From an uncultured Dehalococcoidia bacterium (lineage in GTDB: Bacteria > Chloroflexota > Dehalococcoidia > Lucifugimonadales > G958296245), in contig OY282458.1 of assembly GCA_958296245.1 (NCBI GenBank), positions 1,786,197 through 1,850,196 on the forward strand: a stretch of DNA of 64,000 nucleotides. Reading direction: 5' to 3'. Of this stretch, positions 57,186-64,000 are shown one piece after another. The notes under the pieces were generated by a model. That model did not search any database. It saw nothing but the letters and a program-made list of their open reading frames with translations, and was not told the DNA's origin. Position 1 is the stretch's first letter. The number at the start of each line of letters is the position of its first letter. Both the position numbers and the translations under genes were made by a program.

Positions 57186-57254
57186 GGTGTCAGACCCAAC
57201 CGACCCGGGGCGCTGAGGGCGCCCTAGGACCGGCTCTCGTCTTCGACCCAAGGC

Positions 57255-59054
57255 CTAATTGTCCAAGTCCCACTCCTCGACGTGATAGTTCCACACGTCC
57301 AGCCGGTGGGTGAAGCTGGGGGCCACCTGCACGTCGTATAGGCTGGTCGGGTCGCCAACAGTGTCGAAGTGAGGTATGCGTACTTCCTTCCTCATGGCGT
57401 ACCAGGAGTTCGTCATGTAGGTCGTGGATAAGGGCATGTCCCGCATCAGTACCTCCGCGATCTCGCGGTAGATCTTCACCCTCTCATTCGGATCGATGGC
57501 GGCCCCGCCCGCATCTATCAGCTTGTCGAACTCGGGGTTCGCGTACCGCATCAGGTTCTCTGAGTTGGTGTGCAACCGGTTCTTTAGGAAGCCGTCCGGG
57601 TCGGAGTGGACGCTGAACCCGCCGGTGAAGATGTCGAAGTCGCCGCTCTCGGTCTTCTCGGTGCGGGCGGCGCCGTCGACTGTGTCGTATTCGATCTGGA
57701 ACCCCACGTCGGCAAGCATCTGCTGCACCGCGGCCAGTTGGGCAGAAGCCTTCTCGTCCCCCGGCGTCCCCGTTAGTACGCTCACCACCCTATTGGAGTC
57801 CCAGCCGGCATCTTTGAGCAGGGAGCGAGCCTTGTCCGGGTCGTATGGGAACCGGTCCTTCCACGTCGGGTCCTGATACCACGAGTGGGTCAGCGGACTG
57901 TTGTAGATGGTCCCGTTGCCCGTGCTGAACACGTTGATGATCTTCTGCCGGTCCAGGGCATGTAGGAACGCGTGCCTTATGCGTGGGTCCCGGAGGTCAT
58001 CGACGTCGTGGTTCCAGGCATAGGTACCGATGACCGACCCCTGCACACCCTTTACGGTGAACCGCGGGTCGGCTATCAGCGCCGCGTTGCCTTCCGGCGT
58101 GAGCCCGTGGTAGAGGATGTCGAGCTCGCCCCTCGTCATAGCTATCTGACGCGCGTCTCGCTGCAGGATCATGCTGATGAGTATGCGGTCGATCTTGGGC
58201 TCCCCGAAGTGGTAGTCCGGGTTGGCCTCCAGCAGGACGAACTGGTCCGATACGTGCTCGGAGAACTTGAACGGTCCCGACCCCACCGGTATGGACGCGT
58301 TCGTGAACGTGGGGTGCGTCTGAAGGTCGGGCGGCGCCACGTCGCCGTAGACGTGCTCCGGGTATATCGGGTTTCGCAGTGAGCAGCACGTCTGGAAGAA
58401 GATCGTGCTTGGCTGCTCCATGTCGAACCTGATGGTGTAATCGTCGATCACCACCAAGCCCTCGACCGAATCGGCGTTCCCGTCCAAGTAGTCCTGGCCG
58501 CCCTTGACGATGGTGAAGGACGAAGCCTTCCAGGACGGGAAGTCAGGCGACAGCAACGCCGTCCACATGAACTTGATGTCTTCCGCCGTCACCGGCTCGC
58601 CGTCGTGCCACGTGGCGTCCTTGCGTAGGAAGAAGGTGTAGGAGCTTGCGTCCGGCGCAACCTCCCACCGCTCGGCCAGGTCGGGCGTGAAGAACCCGTT
58701 GGGGTTCGGCATCGCTATCCGCGAGTACATCAGGTCGAACAGAAGCGACATGCCCGAACTCTTAGCCAGGTGCGTCACGATGTTCGGGTACGTCTGCCCG
58801 ATGGCGAAGCGCAACGTCTTGGGCGCCTCGTCCATCACTATGGGCACCTCCCTGACCACTTGCTGCAGAACGACCTTCTCGACCTCGACGGGCACTTCTT
58901 TAATCACCTCTTTTTCGACTACCCTCTCCACCTCCTTCTCTACCTCCACCACGACGGGTACTTCCTTGACGACCTCTCTGGTGCAGGCCAAAGCGCCCAT
59001 CAAGGCCACCGCCGCGGCGATAGCTAAAAACAGCCCGAATCTGCTCTGACCCAT
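57255..59054 (-). CDS. ABC transporter substrate-binding lipoprotein, family 5 (peptide/nickel type)
   Basis: Signal peptide plus lipobox (LMGALAC), a Glu/Val/Lys-rich repeat linker, then family-5 SBP blocks (ARWEVAPDASSYTFFLRKDATWHDGEPVTAEDIKF). ATG 59054 is preceded by GGGAGG. Confidence 0.9.
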   Translation of the reverse strand: MGQSRFGLFLAIAAAVALMGALACTREVVKEVPVVVEVEKEVERVVEKEVIKEVPVEVEKVVLQQVVREVPIVMDEAPKTLRFAIGQTYPNIVTHLAKSSGMSLLFDLMYSRIAMPNPNGFFTPDLAERWEVAPDASSYTFFLRKDATWHDGEPVTAEDIKFMWTALLSPDFPSWKASSFTIVKGGQDYLDGNADSVEGLVVIDDYTIRFDMEQPSTIFFQTCCSLRNPIYPEHVYGDVAPPDLQTHPTFTNASIPVGSGPFKFSEHVSDQFVLLEANPDYHFGEPKIDRILISMILQRDARQIAMTRGELDILYHGLTPEGNAALIADPRFTVKGVQGSVIGTYAWNHDVDDLRDPRIRHAFLHALDRQKIINVFSTGNGTIYNSPLTHSWYQDPTWKDRFPYDPDKARSLLKDAGWDSNRVVSVLTGTPGDEKASAQLAAVQQMLADVGFQIEYDTVDGAARTEKTESGDFDIFTGGFSVHSDPDGFLKNRLHTNSENLMRYANPEFDKLIDAGGAAIDPNERVKIYREIAEVLMRDMPLSTTYMTNSWYAMRKEVRIPHFDTVGDPTSLYDVQVAPSFTHRLDVWNYHVEEWDLDN

Positions 59055-59253
59055 AGTATCGGCCTCCCTAGCCAAGGGTTCCGCCCCACTCATCACCAAA
59101 TGGGCCGGTCGCTGCTATCTATCACAACTTCGTGCCAGAGTCAACCGCCCTGTGTCAAAACCCAGATTCTCCCCAACCGCCGGCCCACTCTGACAAGCGG
59201 CGTAACGCAAAGGGCCTCACCAAGTCTGAACAGCTACTTCTTCTTGCAGGCGC

Positions 59254-59282
59254 TTGACAAAGGGAGGATATAGCCATATGTT
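59254..59282 (+). promoter_or_regulatory. sigma70-like promoter (TTGACA-17-TATGTT) about 225 nt upstream of the MBL hydrolase gene
   Basis: A consensus -35 at 59254-59 and TATGTT at 59277-82. The same bases can also be read as an SD (GGGAGG) plus ATG 59278 of a 32-codon Gly/Arg-rich ORF, so the call is ambiguous. Confidence 0.35.
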
Positions 59283-59507
59283 CAGTCCCACGTTTTTAGG
59301 GGGCGGCTGGGCGCCCGGCGGTTCAAACAGAAGCCGGATCTCCCCGGCGCGCCGGGCTCCTAAAGTCTCAAGGTAGGGTGGTAGACGCCCCGGAGGCACC
59401 GTACCGGGCGCAGCGCCCGTCCGGTGTGCCTGGTACAAGCCCCTCACGCCGAGCGGCGCTGTTTGCCCGGTGCGCGCGCTATCGACAGTCAAGGGGGGAT
59501 GGTACCC

Positions 59508-60344
59508 ATGCAGCTAGGCGCTACTTCCGTAGACATTCTGAGCGACGGCGCCCTCCTCCTCGACGGGGGCGCGTCCTTTGGGCAGGTGCCGAGAGCCCAA
59601 TGGGAGGTCTTGGTCAAGCCGGACCGCAAGAACCGCATCCGCATGGGGCTCAATTGCCTGCTCATACAAGCTCAGGGGACTAACATCCTCGTGGACACGG
59701 GCGCCGGCTCCAAGAGGTTGGGCAAGTACCGCGACCAGTACGGCCTCAACGGCAACAAGTTGACGAAGGGCTTGAAGGCGCACACTCTCACGCCCCGGGA
59801 CATCGACGTGGTCCTGTTGACCCATCTCCACTTCGACCACGCCGGGGGCTGCACGAAGCTGGACCGATCGGGAAACGCCGTGCCGGTGTTCACCAAGGCC
59901 AGGTATATGGTACAGGCCGGGGCCTGGGAAGAAGCCAATGAACAGAACGAGCGCAGCAGAGGCGCCTACGACGAGGATGATTTTGTCCCGCTGCATGATG
60001 CCGGAATGCTCGATCTGATCGACGGCGATCAGGAGATAGCGCCGGGGGTGCGCGTCAAGGTGACCGGCGGCCACTCTGCCGGACACCAAGTCGTGCTGCT
60101 GGAGGCAGGCTCAGAACGGATCGCCTACCTCGGCGACCTGATACCCACCCCGCTCCACCTGCCGCTTAGGAACATCGCTGCCTTCGACAGGACGCCGGAC
60201 GAGACCCTGGAGGAGAAGCGGGAGCTGCTGGAGATGGCGGCTTCCAGCGGTTGGCTGCTAGTATTCGGCCACGCTCTTACACAGCGCGCGGGCTACGTCG
60301 AGCAGCGCAACGGCAGGGCGCATCTCCAGCCAGTGGATATATAG
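59508..60344 (+). CDS. MBL-fold metallo-hydrolase
   Basis: LLTHLHFDHAGG (HxHxDH) and downstream His/Asp ligands (GGHSAGH). ATG 59508 lies 9 nt after the GGGGGG/GGATGG purine run; ATG 59499 is an alternative. Confidence 0.85.
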   Translation: MQLGATSVDILSDGALLLDGGASFGQVPRAQWEVLVKPDRKNRIRMGLNCLLIQAQGTNILVDTGAGSKRLGKYRDQYGLNGNKLTKGLKAHTLTPRDIDVVLLTHLHFDHAGGCTKLDRSGNAVPVFTKARYMVQAGAWEEANEQNERSRGAYDEDDFVPLHDAGMLDLIDGDQEIAPGVRVKVTGGHSAGHQVVLLEAGSERIAYLGDLIPTPLHLPLRNIAAFDRTPDETLEEKRELLEMAASSGWLLVFGHALTQRAGYVEQRNGRAHLQPVDI

Positions 60345-62455
60345 TGCTCCGGCCCCCGCCTGACCGCGGCGGCGTCCCCTTAACACTCGGAGGGGCTGGA
60401 CCCGACGCTAGGCATGGTCCCGAATACGCCGCGAGCAACCGAGGACTCATCCTCTCAGCCCTACTCTGCCTCGCCCTGATGCTGGCCTGCTCCACCGAGA
60501 TCCCCCCGTCTCAGGCCACCGAGCCGACGGCGGCGCCTGCTGCCATTCAAGCCGCCGTTCCCACTCCGACGCCCAGCGCCGTGCCCACCGCCCCTCCTAC
60601 CGCGACGCCCACGACGGAGCCGACGCATACGCCGGCCCCCCCTACCCGTGTCCTTGGCGACGATCCAGCCGACTATACCGATGAGGACATCCTGCTGGCC
60701 GCGAAAGCTCTTTACCGAGAGTTCATCGACGCGATAATGACTGAGCCGGAGCCCGACCTGAAGAGGGCCAAGGCTATCTATTCGGAGGCATGTCAGCCGG
60801 ACGACGACGATGTATTTGCCAAGCAGGTGGACGCGGTGATGGAGCTGCTTGGCGATCCGGTGACCAAGCTGGACATAACCATGGCGCTGAGGCTCAGGGA
60901 CGACGCGGCCCTAACGGTATCTACTCTCAAGATCGGGGACGGGCCCGGAGGCGTCACGCGAAGCCTCATCGTGTTCGAGAACGGGCGATGGCTAGACAGC
61001 GACTGCGACGCTGGCAGGGCCGCAGCCGGCGTGTTTCCATACGATGAGGACTATCAGGAGTCCGCAGTTGCCGGGCCGTCGCCAGTCCCAGCTCCCGTGA
61101 CCCTCAGCGCCGACCCCGCGGACCATTCGGACGAGGAGATCGCCCGGAGCGTGGAGGCCCTCCACCGGGCCGGATGGCGGGCGATGCTGGCCCAGCCCCA
61201 GCCCGACTTGGACGGGATGCGGGCCATGAGCATCGAGGAGTGCCGGGTGGAGACCGACGAGGAGCTAATCCAGATTGCCGCATCCTCCAAACCGGAGTCA
61301 GAAATCGCTGACGCTGCAATCAACTTCAGGGTCACCGGGGTCGAGAGAGTAGACGACCGACATGCTTGGACTACCATCCTGACCGAGTTGGAGGGCTTCG
61401 TCATCCCGGGAAGCACGATGTCCCTTGTGGTGTTCGAGGATGGGCAGTGGCGTGACGGACAATGCAAGATGGAGCGCGGCGCCAACCTGGCGGCGCCGGA
61501 CGAGATCAAGGAGATACAGCGCGTCGCGTTCATCGGAGAAACGGGGCAGCTACAGTTCGACTGGGAGGAACCGCCGTTCGCCATTACCGTATTGGCCCCC
61601 CCGGAGGCCGCGGACGGCTCCACGGTACGAGTGCCGGCGCGCTTCACCTCAATCATCAGCCGGTGGCGCTATGGACCCTACTCTCTTCTTGCGGAACTTC
61701 ACACCGCGCGCGGCGAGGATGGTACGGTCATATCATGGCTCGACTCTCCCTGTGAAGAAGGCCCCTTCGACGACGTGATTCTGGTCAAGGGAGGGTCCCA
61801 CGAGGGATTCATCTGCTTCGAAGGCGAAAGGGGCGAGTCCGCGCCCGACAGACCGTTCGTCGGGCTTCAGTACCTCGACGAGGGCTCCGACTGGCCCTTC
61901 AGGGTAGATCTTACGCGCAGCGTTCCCATACCGGAACGGGTTTTGTTCGAGGACGGCAAACCCTCGGGCAACGCCACCGTTGCGGGGATTGGATACCGGC
62001 TCGTCGACAGCCTTTGGAGTCACGTGGTGGAGCCGCCCCCTGCCGGTATAGGGGACAGCGTGACGGTTACGAACCACGGCCAGCCGTGGTTCGACCTGAC
62101 GGTCCTAGGGCAACCGGAGATGGTGGGAGAGGCCGTCGCGCGCGTCCGCATCCGGATCGCCTCCCGAGCGGAAGACGAGGAGGAATACGGCTACGTTCCC
62201 CTGGAGCTGTCCACCGGCCCCGACGCCCATGGCCGGATACACCACCTATGGGACTTTACCTCGTTTGCCGAAGGTGGCGCGGCTCTTACGGACTCCTTCA
62301 CCGGCGTAACCCTCGCCAAGGGCGAGGTCCGCGAGGCATACGCCTATTTCCGCGCTCCCGACGGCGAAGCCGGAGCGCCTCCCACTCCCTTCACGACCCT
62401 CTGGTACTGGCATGACGTATCCGCCTTCCCCATCGACCTGACCCGCGCCGAATAG
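60344..62455 (+). CDS. hypothetical secreted lipoprotein with internally duplicated domains
   Basis: Hydrophobic region plus lipobox (LCLALMLAC), a Pro/Thr/Ala linker, then two copies of a domain of about 120 aa beginning DPAD[YH][TS]DE[DE]I. There is no in-frame ATG upstream of the signal peptide. GTG 60344 (overlapping the MBL stop, TAGTG) is the nearest candidate start. Confidence 0.55.
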   Translation: MLRPPPDRGGVPLTLGGAGPDARHGPEYAASNRGLILSALLCLALMLACSTEIPPSQATEPTAAPAAIQAAVPTPTPSAVPTAPPTATPTTEPTHTPAPPTRVLGDDPADYTDEDILLAAKALYREFIDAIMTEPEPDLKRAKAIYSEACQPDDDDVFAKQVDAVMELLGDPVTKLDITMALRLRDDAALTVSTLKIGDGPGGVTRSLIVFENGRWLDSDCDAGRAAAGVFPYDEDYQESAVAGPSPVPAPVTLSADPADHSDEEIARSVEALHRAGWRAMLAQPQPDLDGMRAMSIEECRVETDEELIQIAASSKPESEIADAAINFRVTGVERVDDRHAWTTILTELEGFVIPGSTMSLVVFEDGQWRDGQCKMERGANLAAPDEIKEIQRVAFIGETGQLQFDWEEPPFAITVLAPPEAADGSTVRVPARFTSIISRWRYGPYSLLAELHTARGEDGTVISWLDSPCEEGPFDDVILVKGGSHEGFICFEGERGESAPDRPFVGLQYLDEGSDWPFRVDLTRSVPIPERVLFEDGKPSGNATVAGIGYRLVDSLWSHVVEPPPAGIGDSVTVTNHGQPWFDLTVLGQPEMVGEAVARVRIRIASRAEDEEEYGYVPLELSTGPDAHGRIHHLWDFTSFAEGGAALTDSFTGVTLAKGEVREAYAYFRAPDGEAGAPPTPFTTLWYWHDVSAFPIDLTRAE

Positions 62456-62519
62456 CCGGCAAGCCCTCGCCTTCGGTGAAACTGTTCAGGCTCTATGAGA
62501 CCCTGAAGGAAGTCCAGAG

Positions 62520-62797
62520 AGGTTCTCCCTCTGGCGGGGGGTCTGGGCGGGTGGACGTGTTCGCGGCCTTGGGCCTGCTGCGGTTCTCCCTCTGGCGAGG
62601 GGTCTGGGCGCAGCGGTATCGGGTCGCCGATGGACTTCCTCGGTTCTCCCCTCTGGCAGGGGGTCTGGGGCTTGCTACAGTTAGCTCGGGCGGGGGTGCG
62701 CCGGGTTCTCCCCTTTGGCAGGGGGGTCTGGGGCTGTGCCCCCATATGCACGCTTGACAGACTTCATGCCTTCCCCTTTGGCAGGGGGGTCTGGGGG
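62520..62797 (-). CRISPR. degenerate CRISPR-like array: 5 repeats (28-32 bp) separated by four unique 31-32-bp spacers; type I-E-like repeat; no cas genes in the window
   Basis: Repeat starts are near 62520, 62581, 62641, 62702 and 62765, a period of 60-63 bp. Repeat 3 (62641-62670, taken as the best-preserved copy) reads CGGTTCTCCCCTCTGGCAGGGGGTCTGGGG. Its reverse complement has a CCCCT-GCCAG-AGGGG hairpin and ends GAGAACCG, resembling the E. coli I-E repeat (...CCCCGCGCCAGCGGGGATAAACCG). The repeats differ from one another by substitutions and 1-2-nt indels. Confidence 0.5.
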
Positions 62798-62905
62798 CTG
62801 TGCCCCCAGTTACCAAGGGGCGGGCGGGTGGGAATCTAAAGACGTCTGCTTTATCGGGGATACGCCAGTCGGTGGGGGCGCTAGCCGGGCGGCGCGGCTT
62901 TGCCC

Positions 62906-62911
62906 TATAAT
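62906..62911 (+). promoter_or_regulatory. consensus -10 hexamer (TATAAT) upstream of lgt
   Basis: TATAAT at 62906-11, 72 nt upstream of the lgt ATG. The -35 is poor. Confidence 0.3.
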
Positions 62912-62982
62912 CTCACGGGGTTCCGAGCGCCCCTCCATTTCAGCCTTTCGCCGTACGTGTCAGATTAGGGGATGAAGTCAGG

Positions 62983-63885
62983 ATGATCGAGATAGCCGTC
63001 GGGCCAAACGTGTTCTCCCAAGAACTGTTCACCACGCTGGTGTTGAGCTGGCACGGCCTCTTGGCTTTCGTCGCGGTGGCCATCTCTGTGGTGCTGGTGG
63101 GGCGCTGGGCGCCGCTCAGAGGGGTGGACCCGGACGCCGTCTACTCGATCGCCGTCTGGGTTATCATCGGGGGCATCATAGGGGCGCGGCTGGTGCACGT
63201 CGTCGACAATTGGGTCTGCACGTCACCTGAAGGACTCTGCTACAGCAGGGACCCGGGGCTGGTGTTCGCGGTCTGGAGTGGGGGCATCGGCCTGTGGGGC
63301 GGGGTGCTGGGGGGGTTAGCCGCAGGAGTTGCGGCGTGCGTCATAATGAAACAGCCTATCGGCGTAATAGCCGACCTCGCCGCCCCCGCCGCGCTCATAG
63401 GTCAGACCATTGGCCGCCTGGGGGACATCGTCAACGGCGAGCACTGCGCGAAGGCTACCGACTCCTTCATAGGCTTCTTCTGGACCCACCCGGACACGCT
63501 CGCGGCGCCTCAGTACTGCGCCAACGGCTATATCTCGCCCGAAGGAGTGGGCTCCGCCTCACACCCGGTGATCCTGTACGAGATTCTGTGGAACACCCTC
63601 TCCTTGGCCGTCATCTGGCGGCTCAGGGGACGGCTGAAGCCGGATGGTATGCTGTTCGCACTGTACCTGGCGCTCTACTCCTTAGGCCGCTTCTTCATAA
63701 CCTTCTTGAGGGAGGACCGCGTCTGGGCGCTCGGTATGCAGGAGGCCCACTTCATCGCGCTTGGCGTTCTGGCAGTCACGGTGCCGCTGCTGATAGCCAA
63801 AGCCAAGCCCGTCGCCAGGGTGGCGATGGAGGGGGTCCCGATAAAGTGGGGGACGCGCGCCCAGAGACGCCGGCGCCAACGTTAG
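62983..63885 (+). CDS. lgt: prolipoprotein diacylglyceryl transferase
   Basis: The motifs LSWHGLLAFVAVAI, GGIIGARLVHV, GGIGLWGGVLGG and GRLGDIVNGEHCAK fit Lgt conserved blocks (the GR.GN..NgEl region). Confidence 0.9.
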   Translation: MIEIAVGPNVFSQELFTTLVLSWHGLLAFVAVAISVVLVGRWAPLRGVDPDAVYSIAVWVIIGGIIGARLVHVVDNWVCTSPEGLCYSRDPGLVFAVWSGGIGLWGGVLGGLAAGVAACVIMKQPIGVIADLAAPAALIGQTIGRLGDIVNGEHCAKATDSFIGFFWTHPDTLAAPQYCANGYISPEGVGSASHPVILYEILWNTLSLAVIWRLRGRLKPDGMLFALYLALYSLGRFFITFLREDRVWALGMQEAHFIALGVLAVTVPLLIAKAKPVARVAMEGVPIKWGTRAQRRRRQR

Positions 63886-63899
63886 GAGCAGGGTAACCC

Positions 63900-64000
63900 C
63901 TACCTCAGGTCCAGCACGACCATCTCGACACTGCGGGCGCCGTTCCACTCGTTGACCCGGGCGTTGTAGACGAGGTCCACGCGGTCCCCCGGTACGATGG
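63900..64000 (-). CDS. recJ: partial CDS: C-terminus of a RecJ-like single-stranded-DNA exonuclease
   Basis: The minus-strand frame ends ...IVPGDRVDLVYNARVNEWNGARSVEMVVLDLR* (stop at 63900-02). The NEWNG...L.L.D tail is characteristic of the RecJ C-terminus. Only 32 codons are visible. Confidence 0.55.
   Translation of the reverse strand, partial: IVPGDRVDLVYNARVNEWNGARSVEMVVLDLR

Noticed and set aside
59217-59492. 91-aa minus-strand ORF in the SBP/MBL intergenic region
   Set aside because: It is Pro/Gly/Arg-rich with no SD, and it lies in a region better explained as promoters and leader.
62476-62975. Several 69-135-aa ORFs on both strands across the repeat array (62476..62757 +, 62493..62816 -, 62344..62751 -, 62630..62839 +, 62715..62975 +)
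   Set aside because: Their translations simply echo the DNA repeat (RFSLWRGVWA, RFSPLAGGLGL, GSPLWQGGLGL). They have no SD or start support, so the periodic non-coding repeat is the better explanation.

Overview
High-GC (about 63-65%) bacterial chromosomal window, densely coding, about 50 supported CDSs. No rRNA or tRNA genes were recognised by eye. Gene content suggests a Terrabacteria/Chloroflexota-like organism: T-box leader on leuS, DnaD/DnaC-type helicase loaders, sortase, Lgt, and many LmbE, NIPSNAP, DUF362, PHP and BNR type genes. This taxonomic guess is inference only. Core blocks: a replication module on the minus strand (rplI, dnaB, dnaD-like, tandem-AAA dnaC-like); a dgt, two small unknown ORFs, dnaG, rpoD, DUF362 string; leuS-leuB behind a Leu T-box riboswitch; and fmdB-dtd, ispH, copA, gdh, lgt and a partial recJ. 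Accessory blocks: (i) a translationally coupled operon of a GT4 glycosyltransferase, a radical SAM/SPASM enzyme, a WG-repeat::O-methyltransferase fusion and a histidine phosphatase, preceded by an unannotated 35-codon membrane smORF; (ii) a collagen-like (G-X-Y) lipoprotein behind an AT-rich promoter with a perfect 20-bp tandem repeat; (iii) a five-gene catabolic-looking operon (lactonase, atypical arginase-fold protein, SDR, unknown 505-aa protein, TIM-barrel glycosidase-like protein); (iv) a peptide-type ABC importer operon with no ATPase genes and with a large PHP-domain enzyme and a degenerate cupredoxin embedded in it. Most notable non-coding signals: a degenerate five-repeat CRISPR-like array (about 61-bp period, type I-E-like repeat, no cas genes in the window) at 62.5-62.8 kb; a 34-bp duplication of the dnaB ribosome-binding site and start that creates a 12-codon upstream ORF; a CsoR-like palindrome downstream of the copA promoter; and paired direct repeats around a poly-C-loop hairpin upstream of rplI. 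Many long ORFs in the supplied track are antisense or alternate-frame artefacts of the high GC content and were rejected.
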